From positions 62,001-126,000 of the forward strand of contig NC_090417.1 of the NCBI RefSeq assembly GCF_036365525.1: a stretch of DNA of 64,000 nucleotides, given 5' to 3'. Source of the DNA: Heterodontus francisci. Taxonomy: Eukaryota. Below, in pieces: positions 1 to 12,520 of the stretch (position 1 is the stretch's first letter; every line of letters begins with the position of its first letter). A program made the translations under genes and the position numbers. Under the pieces are notes generated by a model. The model was not told the origin of the DNA and did no database searches. It was given only the letters and a program-made list of their open reading frames with translations.

Positions 1-325
1 CCAAAATGCATCACCCTCACACTTGTCTATATTAAATTCCATCTGCCACTTGTCTGCCCATTCTGCTAGCCTATTTATCTCCTGTTGTAGTCAATTGGTA
101 TCATTCTCACTGTCAGCCGCACCTCCAAGTTTTCTTTATCCAAGTTAAACTGATCCTCCCATTCCATGATCCTCTATTTTGTTAACCAGCCTTTCAGTTG
201 GTACTTTGTCGAAAGCATTCTTAAAACCATATAGATCACATCTACCACATTCCCTTTATCTACCTTCTTATTACTGCATCAAAAACTTCAATTAGATTAG
301 TCAAGCATGATCTGTCATTAAATTC
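1..325 (-). mobile_element. CR1 LINE RT fragment
   Basis: Resembles the RT region of the CR1 copy at 1125-2490 (e.g. aaattccatctgccac, gtcaagcatgatctg); degenerate. Confidence 0.7.
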
Positions 326-348
326 ACCTCTCTGTCATTTCCCTGCAG

Positions 349-598
349 ATGTGCTCCTCGTTCTCCCTATTTGAAGACCTGGAGTTACCAATATGGGTTG
401 CGACTGAGGGGCAGTCTGGTTGCTGATTGGTGGGATGTCGTACGCAGGCCGACATTCTCCGCATTGCTTCTGGTCGAGATTCGACTTCAGTCCGACGGTA
501 CCAAAACTGAAATGTTTCACTGGGATGTGGTGCAGAGAAAGATTGCCAAGTTTCTCAATGAATGGTGGTCGATGTTTGGTCGGAAAATATATACATGA
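349..598 (+). CDS. Putative terminal coding exon of an unidentified gene lying upstream of the window
   Basis: Polypyrimidine acceptor tctctgtcatttccctgcag| ends at 348. The frame from 350 is open to TGA at 596-598 (CAPRSPYLKTWSYQYGLRLRGSLVADWWDVV...EWWSMFGRKIYT*); the other two frames stop early. Non-repetitive and CpG-retaining. Product not recognised. Confidence 0.45.
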
Positions 599-1124
599 AG
601 TGTATATGACCATCGATAACCTGCTCTGTTGATGAATCTAACCTCAAGCTTCATTCTGTAATCTTCTTTTATGTACTAGAGAGCTGGGCCCGCGGCAGAA
701 GAGGTACAAATTTTTCAAGAGGAGTTGAATAATTCAGGGGCTTTAGCTGTGCATTGTGGCAGTACCAGAGGGAGAGGGAAGCGGAGGTTACAAGCTCTGA
801 AAGCAACAACATCAACCTTCCTTGAACTCGTCCTCGGAGTATACTGCAAGTGCTTTTCAGCGCCTCATTTCCTTCTGAATCAAGCTGTCAGATTTTGATT
901 AACTCCGCAACTTTGCTGCCTTATAATTTAACGTGAAATATTGCCCGTTTCTCTATGACAGCGAGATGCAGCAGAGAGGGTGGTAGCTGATCACGGAGCG
1001 ATTGGAGGAGAGCGCTCAGCACAAAGCCTTGCCTCTGGGTCCTCAGAGAATAATTCTCAGACCTGCACCTCAGCCAGGGGCTGTGTCTGCACTGGCTGCC
1101 CTTCACCGAGGAGGTGGCCTCTCA

Positions 1125-2490
1125 TAAGATCATAAGAAGTAGGAGCAGGAGTAGGCCGTCCGGCCCCTCGAGCCTGCTCCGCCATTCAATAAGATCATGG
1201 CTGATCTTTTCGTGGACTCAGATCCACTTACCCGCTCTCTCACCGTATCCCTTAATTCCTTTATTGTTCAAAAAGATATCTACCTTAGCTTTAAAGATGT
1301 TTACTGAAGAAGCGTCAACTACTTCACTGGGCAAGGAATTCCATAGATTAACAACCCTCTGGGTGAAGAAGTTCCTTCTTAATTCAGTCCTAAATCTGCT
1401 CCCTCTAATCTTGAGGCTATGCCCTCTTGTCCTAGCTTCACCTGCCAGTGGAAACATCCTCTCTACTTGTATCTTATCTATTCCCTTCATAATTTTATAT
1501 GTTTCTATAAGATCCCCCCTCATTCTTCTGAATTCCAATGAATATAATCCCAATCTACTCAGTCTCTCCTCATAAGCCAACCCCCTCAACTCTGGAATCA
1601 ACCTAGTGAACCTCCTCTGCACCCTCTCCAGTGCCAGTACATCCTTTCTCAAGTGAGGAGACCAAAACTGCACACAGTACTCCAGGTGCGGCCTCACCAG
1701 TACCTTATACAGCTGCAACATAACCTCTCTGCTTTTAAACTCAATCCCTTTCGCAATGAAGGACAAAATTCCATTTGCCTTCCTAATTACTTGCTGTACT
1801 GCAGACCATCCTTCTGCGATTCATGCACAAGGACACCCATGCATGCTGCAACTTTTTACCATTCAAGTAATAATCCTTTTTACTGTTACTCCTACCGAAA
1901 TGAATGACTTCACATTTATTAACATTGTATTCCATCTGCCAGACCTTTGCCCACTCACTCAATGTATCTATGTTCCTCTGCAAAGTTTCACAGTCATCTG
2001 CACACTTTGCTCTGCCACTCATCTTAGTGTCACCTGCAAACTTTGACACCCTACAAGTGGTCCCCAACTCCAAATCATCTATATAAATTGTAAATAATTG
2101 CGGACCCAACACCGATCCCTGAGGCACACCACTAGTGACTGATTGCCAACCAGAATAGCACTCATTTATCCCCACTCTCTGCTTCCTGTTAGTCAACCAA
2201 TCCTCTATCCATGCTAATACTTTACCCCTGACGCCATGCATCCTTATTTTATACAGCAGCCTCTTATGCGGCACCTTGTCGAAGGCCTTTTGGAAATCTA
2301 GGTACACCACATCCACTGGGTCCCCATTGTCCACCTTGCTCGTAATGTCATCATAGAATTCCAAAAGATTTGTCAAGCATGACCTGCCCTTCATGAACCC
2401 ATGCTGCGTCTGCCCAACAGGACAATTTCTATCGAGATGCCCTGCTATTTCTTCCTTGATGATAGACTCAAGCATCTTCCCCACTACAGA
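1125..2490 (-). mobile_element. CR1 LINE, 5'-truncated (RT C-terminal half and 3' tail)
   Basis: ORFs 1783-2484 and 1218-1766 give YLDFQKAFDKVPH, GVPQGSVLGP and [14 protein letters not shown]; tail cctgctcctacttcttatgatcttatg on the minus strand. Confidence 0.95.
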
Positions 2491-2519
2491 GGAACTGGGC
2501 CTGCAGCCACAGAGTGGGG

Positions 2520-2965
2520 CAAGATTGGCACTGCCATCAAGGTGACTGCAATCCTCATTTCTACGTCTTCCAGACTGGAGCTGGCATCATCGCCAACATT
2601 TCACAGCCCGCCATCCATCAGGGAGGTCACTCCTTGTCGGCCAGGAGAGGAGGCTTCATCGTCTCCTTTCTAAGCATGGCGGAGCATGGAGGAGCATGCA
2701 CATGGCTTTGCCAAGGGCACCAGGCTTCCTCGTGGTGCCATCGACTGTTGCAGCCGCCACATGTCAGTGGGGAAGGGTACCAGAGTGGCAAGCGGTGGCA
2801 CTCCCTTCATAGGCAGTTGGTGTGCGAGCATGCCCAGGACATCAAGTCGGCGAATGCCCGCTGTCCCTGGCAGCAGCCGTGGGGCTGTCGTCCTGTGCCA
2901 GTCAGCACGGCTGCTTGGCAATGAAGACGCCCCCTGCCACACGTGGGCAATGCTCCTACGCTGAC
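2520..2965 (+). mobile_element. Degenerate PIF/Harbinger (HARBI1-type) transposase remnant
   Basis: Frameshifted motifs occur in order: AIKVTA, IREVT, GFA..PRGAIDC, KRWHSLHRQLVCEH..NAR, LLGNEDAPCHTW. They match Harbinger DDE motifs GAIDC, KGFHSLNVQLVCD and LLGDxGYP. Confidence 0.7.
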
Positions 2966-3076
2966 AGCCAAACTGGCACCAGGAATGTCAGTGTAGGGGA
3001 AAGCAACAAATTTATACTGTTATGTAAACATTGACTCTCAATTCTTCAGGGTCACCAGAGATGAGGTTTAAGCAAG

Positions 3077-3571
3077 TGTTATCACACGTGGTAAGGAGTG
3101 TGGGTGGTCCCCACTGTTGCCCTCCAAACTGACCACAGCAAGTGTTTCTGTTACTTGAGTTTTAACCCCTATCATTTTATTTGTCATGGAAACAGGTTTT
3201 CTTGTAAGTTTAAAACAGGTTAACTATTTATTGAGCAACATTCATTTTCGAAATGGTCACAACTGTACCTCATACATCACGCATCCACACATACAAGAGA
3301 TAGAGAGGAAAGGGAGTAAGTGCTTTGAAGTGAGGTTTTCGGGATTCGTGGGAACCCTGTTGTGTCTTCTCAGAGGTCGATTTCTCTTTTAAAGTTGCAG
3401 GCCTGGGTTGTTTGCAGATTTTTCTGTTGGTCGAGATTTCTGACTGGAGATGGTGAAGGCTTTCAGTTCCTTGCTGCGCAAGTTGAAGTGTAGAATTCGC
3501 AGTGGGGCATCTGCTTTAGCTTTTGTCAGAGATCTCAGCTCTCGGCTATGCAGGCTTTTGGGGAAGATGTT

Positions 3572-3616
<45 letters not shown>

Positions 3617-3998
3617 CAGCAAGCTACTTTTTAAGGTCAAAATGGTGCCTCTGCTGGGAGATGTGAGCCCTCTCCATGTGGTGACCAACAATGGCCCAGG
3701 ATGTGGCTACTTCACACCTTCTTTGTTTCAGGAGAACCCATTCAAGTCAAAATGTCTCTTGATGGGTTCAGGATGAGCGTAATTTAACCTTGTAACCTGG
3801 AATGTATCCTTTAGTCCTCAACAGATAGTAAGACAGTTTGAATATACAGGGCCAGGTCAGCTGACCTTTGGCGGCCATTTTGCCGCACATGCTCCGCTTT
3901 TTAAAGGAACAGTCAATTTTTTTTTTTACAACTCTTCAGTTTGGGTTCTGTATTTCAGTCGCTGCAGGTCACGTGAGCATGACACGAAGGTTCATGAC
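3077..3998. mobile_element. Probable solo LTR (about 0.9 kb) with internal (TC)n
   Basis: Starts TGTTA and ends ...CATGAC; size and organisation resemble the TSD-flanked LTR at 41311-42193. No TSD confirmed. Confidence 0.5.
3577..3616. repeat. (TC)n microsatellite
   Basis: Direct reading of the sequence. Confidence 0.95.
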
Positions 3999-4379
3999 TT
4001 TCCTAACTCGGTTTTATTAATGGTGAAATGCAAAGCAGTTTACGGATATAGACTTAAGCAAGATTTAAGTCAGTGGGACAACGCGAAGCTTAGAATGGTC
4101 TCGAGAGACTGTCCGTCGACATCCTGTGTGGTGTTTTGGACCGTCTCTGGCAGATTTTGTGTTCTGTCTCTCGGTCTCACTAAAATGGCTGGCCTTCGTT
4201 CTGGTACAAAGCAAGATTCCAGTAATTTTCCATGTGCTGTCTCACTTTCCCATGATTTAAAACAGACTGATAGCTGTTTACGACAACTTGCTGAATGTCT
4301 TTTTCCATGTTCCCAGCTTGTCCAACTTTCTTCCTTGATCAGGATGGTTAACAGATCCTTTGTGGAATTAATACCTTTG

Positions 4380-5035
4380 AGAGTAAACTGTTGGGGTGGT
4401 AATCGGTCAGATAGGATCTGTCCTGCTTTTTACGTTCAGGATATACCTGGGCAATTTTCCACATTTCCGGGTTGCCAGTGTTGTAACTGTGCTGTAAAAG
4501 CTTGGCTAGGGGCGCGGCAAGTTTTGGAGCAAGTCTTCAGTACTATTGCCGGAATATTGTCAGGGCCCATAGCTTTTGCAGTATCCAGTGCCTTCAGTCG
4601 TTTCTTGATATCATGTGGAGTGAATCGAATTGGCTGAAGTCTGGCATCTGTGATGCTGGGGTCTTCAGGAAAAGGCTGAGATGGATCATCCACTTGGCAC
4701 TTCTGGCTGAAGATTGTTGCAAATGCTTCTGCCTTATCTTTCGCACTGATGTGCTGGGCTCCCCCATCACTGAGAATGGGGATATTTGTGGAGCCACCTC
4801 CTCCAGTTAGTTGTTTAATTGTCCACCACCATTCACGGCTGGATGTGGCAGGACTGCAGAGCTTAGATCTGATCCGTTGGTTATGGGATAGCTTAGCTCT
4901 GCCTATCGCATGTTTGGTAGCTTCGCCAGGTTGGCACCTCATTTTTTTGGGTGTGCCTGGTGTCGCTCCTGGCATTTTCTTCCATACTCCTCATTGAACC
5001 TGGCTTGTTGGTGATGGGAGAGTGAGGGCCAGGCA
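4380..5035 (-). mobile_element. CR1/L2-group LINE family B, ORF2 fragment upstream of RT
   Basis: ORF 4436-4975: DKAEAFATIFSQKC...LKALDTAKAMGPDNIPAIVLK, continuing into a KKQD..NYRPISLL-like segment. Confidence 0.85.
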
Positions 5036-5384
5036 GGCCATGAGCAAACTCATTTCCTTTAGCAGGTCTCATTAATCCTGGTTTTTAGCCAATCCTTCCA
5101 ATTCCCTTAAAATTGATATTTTGGTATTCCCAAAGATATTGGAGTACCATCAGTTAATCCAAAATTGGGGGTCAGTCGGATTCAATTTTGTTTTGTTTTG
5201 TTGGTGGTCTCCACGGGAATCCCACGCCAGTAGATTTATAGACAGTCTTTAACTTAGATATGGAATAACGGATTTCTTTCATTCAGAGACCTATAAGATG
5301 AATAGATCAACATTCCCATTGTATCAATACCTATATATGAATTATGGCCAATTTGACTGCACTGGACAGCTTTGATTGTATTTT

Positions 5385-6655
5385 ATCCAAAGGCTTTTTT
5401 GCCGATGGTACTTACTGCTGCCACTATATGCCGGTGACGGAGGGAGTGAACGTTTAAGGTGGTGGATGGGGTGTTTATCACTGGTGTCGAGCTGCTTGAG
5501 TGTTGTTAGAGCTGCACTCATCCAGGAAAAGTATTCCATCACACGTCTGACTTGTCGATCATGTTGGGATCCCCGTGGAGACCACCAACAAAACAAAACA
5601 AAATTGAATCCGACTGACCCCCAATTTTGGAAACAAAAACCAAACGGACAAGATTTCACTTTCATAAATTTTACTTTAACACTCAAACCAACACCGACAT
5701 AAATTAAATATGAGCTCACGATCACTGTATCTTAAAGGTTACATGTTAACAATCAGATGCAACACATGTAGTCCTTACTAGTCCTCTGGATAGACTTATC
5801 GGCAAGATGGCGTTGAACAGTCCCACAGTACGACAAAATCGGGATCTTCCTCAGGTAATTTTTCAAGTTTTGTCCTCCAGGATGCAATTACAGAAGTAAT
5901 GAGGTCCCGTCAATAGTGGGCAATGCAATCTTCCCTTTAACGATTTGGTTTTGTCACCTCTCAGACAACCTTGGCCTTTCCCACTATCATCCTGATGGCG
6001 TGACTTTACTGATAACATTTCAGTCACCGAAGACAACTGCTGTAAGTTATTCACCAACGGTCAGCCCTCAGTCCAGGCTCCTTTGCATGCAGCCAAACTG
6101 CTCCAACCAGATGCTTTGTAGTCTGGTTCTCTAGATAACCAGAAATGTGTAGCTCTCAGTCTCCTTAAAATAATCTGGCTAATTTCCCATCCACTGCAGA
6201 GTCCTTTACAATTCCCAAAAGTCCTCTTTTTAAAAACACACACAGCCTTTAGCTGGCTTAACCTCCAGTCACATGTCCTTGGTAAAAAAAAAACTGCTTG
6301 CTTGTTCTCAATCACAGGACTGTTTGCTTGTCTAACCTGGATTTAACTCCCAGAACCTGGAAACACCACCTCAAATCAGGGACCGTCTCAAAAACACAAA
6401 CATAAGTTGTACAGTACTCAGCTTACACACCAAGACTCCATAACAATGGTGGACAGGCTTTGGGAAGACAGGACCTGTTGCAGAACTCCCAGTCTCTGAT
6501 CTGCTCTTGCAGCCACATTATTTATTACAGCTGGTCAAGTTCAGTTTCTGGTCAATGGTAACCCCCGGGATGTTGATGGTGGGGGATTCAGTGATGGTAA
6601 TTCCGTTGAATGTCAAGGGGAGATGGATAGACTCTCACTTGTTGGAGATGGTCAA
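5385..6655 (-). mobile_element. LINE family B fragment interrupted by an LTR at 5562-6445
   Basis: Family B sequence ...cctgacttgt..agatggtggacaggctttggg is split across the insertion (compare the intact junction at 14330-14370). Confidence 0.75.
5562..6445. mobile_element. Solo LTR-like insertion (884 bp, TGTT...AACA)
   Basis: TG...CA ends with a short terminal inverted repeat; cleanly interrupts a LINE. Confidence 0.7.
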
Positions 6656-7049
6656 AGCACCAAGAATGCCAAGGGTCTGTGTGACACAGCAATCAATGCT
6701 AACACATTTTTTAACTGAGTGACATTGAATAATAATTTGTAATAATTTCAATACTTTATATCAACTAATACTCATACGTCACAGCAAAAAAAAATTGGGT
6801 GTCAGTCGGATTCAATTTTGTTTTGTCTTGTTGGTGGTCTCCACGGGGATCACAACACAATCTACAAGTTCCACCTGATTTGAGCTGTTCTTACTATTTC
6901 TGACCTATTACAAATGTCCTGCCTGCAGCAACATGCAAGAGCCAAATTATTGAGTCCGAAAAGGTGAAGTTGATGGCATTGTGAATCGCAGCTTCCATTC
7001 AACCCTAATTCTGCAACCTGCCGTATAAAAGACCCTTTAAACTTTGGCT

Positions 7050-7650
7050 ATAGTTGTTCAGCTTTTGTTGGCAAATGGAGTCTAATGTGGGATAAAATGT
7101 GAAATTGTCCACTTTGGCAGGAGGAATGAAAAAGAAGCACATTATCTAAATGGTGAGAGATCGCAGAGCTCTGAGATGCAGAGGGATCTGGGGTGTCCTC
7201 GTGCATGAATCGCAAAAGGTTAGTATGCAGGTTCAGCAAGTGATGAGGAAAGCTAATAGAATGTTATCATTTATTGCAAGGGGAATTGAATATAAAAGTA
7301 GGGCGGTTATGCTTCAACTGTACAGGGCATTGGTGAGACCACATCTGGAGTACTGTGTACAGTATTGGTCTCCTTATTTAAGGAAGGATGTAAATGTGTT
7401 GGAAGCAGTTCAGTGAAGGTTTACTAGACTAATACCTGGAATGGGTGGGTTGTCTTATGAGGAAAGGTTGGACAGGCTAGGCTTGTATCCGCTGGAGTTT
7501 AGACGAGTAAGAGGTGACTTGACCCCTGAGGGGTCTTGACAGGGTGGATGTGGAAAGGATGTTTCCTCTTGTGGGAGAATCTGGAACTAGGGCTCACTGT
7601 TTAAAAATAAGGGGTCGCCCACGATGGGCCGAATAGCCTCCTTCTGCTCT
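7050..7650 (+). mobile_element. CR1 LINE 3' fragment
   Basis: ORF 7150-7416 [31 protein letters not shown]; tail gatgggccgaatagcctccttctg. Confidence 0.9.
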
Positions 7651-8399
7651 TCACTTGCAGCCAACTGTGCGACAGCAGATGGCACTGGGGAAGCTGTGCG
7701 AGTTTGAAAGAATTAAGTGCAGCTCAGCTCGGATGAAATTCAACGCTTTGACCTGAGGCTGTTTCACAGCGACTGAGTGAGAATACAGCTAGTGGCGAGA
7801 CAAGAAAAGACCCTGGGGTGGTTCAGCCTGTCCCACACATCTGGAATGTCCTTGAGCATCGCAATATGTAAACTCTCCACTCCACTCAAAATGACGTGAT
7901 CCCCTGGGTAAAGCTAGATTAAAAACCTAGACTAACTCGGAGGAGGACAGCTCTGGAAAATTGCCCATTGGATCCAGCCTCCTTTCAGCTGACAGGCTTC
8001 CCCCCTTGCAGGTGAACCTCGACTAGGACTTTGAGCCACAAGGCTTATGGTGCAGTTTTAGAAGTGATCACAAGCAATATCACAGGATCTGTGTCATAAA
8101 TAGATCACACACTGACTTCTATTGATTGGAGATTATTCGTCCATGTGCCTAAATATGTTCATCGAGGCTAGAAGAGTTAAGAATACAAAGTTCATCTCTT
8201 TACATCATACACAACTACTTCCTGCCTTCCATTAACAATGACACCTTCGCAAGAAAGGTCACTGGGGCCAGAGAAAACTATATTTCCACATCCATTGTCA
8301 AAATTCCTTGATGGATTCCCACAGACACTTTTCACAACTCACTGCACTTAAACTGTAGACAGATACTGCAACCGTGGTTTCCCTCATTCCCCCTGCTGT

Positions 8400-8975
8400 T
8401 TAATACAACCAGGGGGTCTCTTATCACCGCAAACAGGCTTTCTTAGGTTTAAAGTTGACATTTTATTCAACTTAAACTCTAATTCAATTGACGCCTATGG
8501 ATACACGACGCGCCCACGCCAGCATTCATATGCAATGCAGATAGAGACAATAAAGAGCAGAAGAAAAATAAAGTGGGAAAGTTTGAGGCAGTATCTGAAG
8601 AGTTTTTGTTATGCGCCATCGAGCTCACTGCAGAGTCCTTGGTTGTCGGTAGATCTTGCTTTTCGTTGGGGCCCAGTATTCTTCTTAAACCTTGTTCGCT
8701 GTCGGAGACTTTTCTCTCTTGGGGGTTTATGCGTCTTCAGTCGGTTTTTGGAGTTCTGTTAGAAAGAGATGGGAACAGCCAAGAGAGGGGTCATTTCAAT
8801 CCAGGTGCTAACAGCTTTCTGCAGGCTCTCAATTCAAACTGCACGACTCAGAAAGAAAAAACCCAGACTGCCAAGCAGGTTAGTCATGTGACCAACGGGT
8901 CTGACCACGTCTGTTTGTGGATTGTATTGGAGTAGGGGATAGCTCCTTTGTTCCCAAACACTGTCTGTTAATGTG
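8400..8975. mobile_element. Partial LTR of the same family as 41311-42193
   Basis: Shared blocks: cctatggatacacgacgcgccca, tattcttcttaaaccttgtt, agtcatgtgac, atagctcctttgt. Confidence 0.75.
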
Positions 8976-9310
8976 CATCGGGCGATACCAGGAGGTCTCG
9001 GGGCCAGTCCTGGAAGTCCCAAGGCCACCACCCACCCCCCGCCCCCCCCCCACAATCATCCCTGATTGGTGCTTATGATATTTCTCTCAAATGGATGAAG
9101 TGCATCTAACTATTGAGTTAGATACAAATCTTCCTGCTGTATAATAAATCCAATTCAAAAGAGCTCGGCAGAAGGCAGTGTTAGGTGCTCTGACTGGAGT
9201 ATCTTGAGATGGACTCCTTAGAAGGAGTGCCTGTTTTGGGTACGTCATGTGCCTGAAACACACAGGGTCAGATCATGCATTGTCTTAAGGGAATAAAGGA
9301 ATAAAATTTT

Positions 9311-9501
9311 TAGATTAGAGATACAGCACTGAAACAGGCCCTTCGGCCCACCGAGTCTGTGCCGAACATCAACCACCCATTTATACCAATCCTACACTAA
9401 TCCCATATTCCTACCAAACATCCCCACCTGTCCCTATATTTCCCTACCACCTACCTATACTAGTGACAATTTATAATGGCCAATTTACCTATCAACCTGC
9501 A
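9311..9501 (-). mobile_element. HE1-like V-SINE, 3' part
   Basis: Near-identical reverse complement of 57467-57655; CR1-like tail gggccgaagggcctgtttcagtgctgtatctcta. Confidence 0.85.
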
Positions 9502-9827
9502 GGCCCCTGGATCTCCTGAATCCTAACGTTTCGGACCTGGACATCTATTCGATCATGTTCGTCAAGGGTTATGGCGGGGGGGGTGCAGGAAAGTGGAGTT
9601 AAGGCCACAATCTGACCTTATTGAATGGTGGAGCAGGCTCGAAGGGCCGAATGGCCTACTCCTGCTCCGATTTCCTATGTTGTTATGTAGGACCTGAATC
9701 TATGGAGGGCAACTACCTGACTCCTGATGAGTGGGTCCCGAGTGACTATCAGGTGAGGATAGGATTGGATGTGACGCCATCACAGTTGAACAGCCTGCTT
9801 TTTCTCCTGGTTTCCATATGGTCATTT

Positions 9828-10190
9828 GGGCACAGCAGAGACTCCCAACCTCTAGTCAGGAGGTCGTGGGTTCAAGTCTCACTCTCGAGACTCGCGCACA
9901 AAATCTCGGCTGACACTCCATTGCACTACTGAGGGAGGGCTGCACTGTCGGAGGTGCCGTCTTTCAGTTGCAACGTTAAGCCGACGCCCCGTCTGCCCTC
10001 TCGGATCCCAAGGCCCTATTATCCTGGACAGTACTCATCTCTCAATCGACATCACTCACACTGCCTATTTGCTTATTATCTCATTGCTGTTTGTGGGAGC
10101 TTGCTGTGCGTAAATTGGCAGCCACCTTTCCGACACGACAACACTGACGACACTTCCAAAGTCCTTCATTGTTTATAAAGCACTTTATTG
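9828..10190 (+). mobile_element. DeuSINE (SacSINE1/AmnSINE1-like)
   Basis: tRNA-like B box gtgggttcaagtc; Deu-domain ctgagggagggctgcactgtcggaggtgccgtctttc; later cattgctgtttgtgggagcttgctgtgcgtaaattggc. Confidence 0.8.
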
Positions 10191-10774
10191 GAATGCAAGC
10201 AATATTTTTTGTGATGTTTTTTAATCTTGGGAATACTTGACACTTCAGGACTGTGTGAAGAATCTATATTTTAATTCGGGCACTAAAGTGGCCCAAGGGA
10301 GTGGTCCTCAGTCCTATAAGATATGCATATAGTTTGAACGCGGAGCTTTAATGGAGACTTGCTGTTGCCTCAGCTTACACGATAGGAATGTAAAGCCTTT
10401 CACGTCAAATTCTGCAATTTTGAACACCTCTATCAGATCTCCGCTTAACCTTCTCTGCTCTAAGGAGAACAAGCCCAGCTTCTCCAAGTCTCTCCACATA
10501 CCTGAAGTTCCCCCATCCCTGGTACCTGGGTTCTTTGTGAATAACGCCAGTGCCATTTGGTGGAACGTTGGTCCTTGTCTACGTCAGTCTGGAGTCTGCA
10601 AACATTTATGAATTATTATACACTCTTGACCATTATAAAAAAGAAACCCATTAATACTGAATGAGTCCTCATTGGAAACCCTGAGGTCATTTTTGTATCC
10701 ACATCCATCCGTTTTAAGAATTCCTGGAAACGAAATCCCTTTAAATAGTAAATCTCTTCCGAGTCAATATAGGC

Positions 10775-11006
10775 TAGGTACACCCACAGTGCTGTTAGGG
10801 AAGGGAGTTCCAGGATTTTGATCCAGTGAGAGTGAAGGAACGGCGAAATAGTTCCAAGTCAGGATGGTGTGTGACTTGGAGGGGAACTTGCAGGTGGTGG
10901 TGCTCCCATGCATCTGCTGTCCTTGTCCTTCGAGGTGGTAGAGGTCGCGGGTTTGGAAGGTGCTGTCTAAGGAGCCTTGGTGCGTTGCTGCAGTGCATCT
11001 TGTAGA
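10775..11006 (-). mobile_element. LINE family B 3' fragment
   Basis: MHCSNAPRLLRQHLPNPRPLPPRRTR...SKSWNSLP. Confidence 0.85.
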
Positions 11007-11394
11007 GGAGTTACTGTCTTACATTAACTGTCTTCTGCAGGTTCTTCAAGGCACTGCGGGCCATCAGCAGCAGAATTGTGTTCCACCACAATCTGTTATT
11101 CATGGCCTGGCATGTCCCTCTCTCTACCTGCCCACCCATCGACGGCTGGGTCCAGGACCTGCTGCAGTCCCAGCAGCTGCCACCGCTCCTGGTGGCACTG
11201 CCAGCACGGAAGAGCTGCCGCCCTCTGATTGGCCAGATGTCCCGCCTCCGACGGGGTGGAAGCCACAACTGCAGGGAGTTAGTTGCCTGAGGGCCGTAAT
11301 GTAAGATCGTGGTTTTCAGGGACAGCAGAGGAGGGCTCACCCTGAGCTTTCCAGTCAGTGGCCTCCTTGTAAAATCCCAGCCTATGACTCTAAG

Positions 11395-11750
11395 AGCGGG
11401 TCAGTGGCTGGGAAGTCTGCAGTGAGTAACTCACCTCCTGACTGTCCCAAAGCCTGTCCACCATCTACAAGGCACAAGTCAGGAGTGTGATGGAATACTC
11501 TCCACTTGCCTGGATGGGGGCAGCTCCAACAACACTCAAGAAGCTCGACACCATCCAGGACAAAGCAGTCCGCTTGATCGGCACCCCATCTACAAACATT
11601 CACTCCCTCCACCACCGACGCACAGTGGCAGCAGTGTGTACCATCTACAAGATGCACTGCAGCAACGCACCAAGGCTCCTTAGACAGCACCTTCCAAACC
11701 CGCGACCTCTACCGCCTAGAAGGACAAGGGCAGCAGACGCATGAGAACAC
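11395..11750 (+). mobile_element. LINE family B 3' fragment
   Basis: MEYSPLAWMGAAPTTLKKLDTIQDKAVRLIG. Confidence 0.9.
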
Positions 11751-11869
11751 AACGGCATTCCTTGTTTGAAACTGCTCGGCATTAATCGTCACCAATTGTC
11801 ACTCGAATTGAACAGTCAGCTCCCTTAAGCAATCCCTGCTAATCAGGCAGTTCACACCGATGTTGCTGG

Positions 11870-12045
11870 AGGTGGCAGTTTTGGCTCCCTAAACTCTGGA
11901 ATCCCCTTCCTAAACCTCTCTGCCTCCCCCTCCTCCTTTAAGACCTACCTCCTTGACCAAACTTTCAAAGAGAGTTTGCCAATACTGCTGTGAAAGCACC
12001 CTGAGACTTTTATTTTACTCGGATAAAGGCGCTATATAAATGCAG
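11870..12045 (+). mobile_element. L2-like LINE 3' tail
   Basis: ctctggaatccccttcctaaacctctc...aaaggcgctatataaatgcag; related to 31000-31320 and 61830-62182. Confidence 0.65.
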
Positions 12046-12319
12046 GACCCCCCTGCAAGTGACATGTTCCTGGGCCAGAAAGCTGACGGCAAATCGAATA
12101 CTGCTTTCCCCAGCTCGGCGTTATTACCTGGAGCCCCGTCCGCAACTTAACAAAGACGACCCCTCGTACAGGCTGCCTCCGTACCAAGCCCATCAGTGTT
12201 TAAGGTTGAGTGCCTGAATCCTGTAAACCTCACTGGTAAACCCCACTGGTAAACCCACGAGCGTATATGTGTGGGAGATTAGTAAAAGCAAGTAATGTTA
12301 AGTGAGGCAAAAGTCACAC

Positions 12320-12520
12320 CATAGCTACAGAAACTGCGTACAGCAAGATCCCACAAACAGCAATGTGATAGAAGTGATATTGAGAGCGATTGGCTGGGAT
12401 ACCCCTGCTCTTATTTGAGATGCAATCCTTTATGTGCACTAGAGACGGCAGGTCAGTTTCACATTTCCTCCAAAAGATGGCACCGCTGACTGTGCAACAC
12501 TCCCTCAGGACTGCCCCTCA
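12320..12520 (-). mobile_element. DeuSINE fragment
   Basis: Reverse-complement similarity to 9920-10130 (cagcaagatcccacaaacagcaatg; aaagatggcaccgctgactgtgcaacactccctcag). Confidence 0.7.

Noticed and set aside
4020-4637. 205-aa ORF as a gene
   Set aside because: The 3' half is antisense LINE ORF2 and the 5' half is unassigned repeat-like sequence; no recognisable domain.
9715-9760. CTGATGA as another hammerhead or a C/D-box RNA
   Set aside because: No GAAA box or UH site at the required spacing and no convincing box pair; it lies among SINE/LINE debris.
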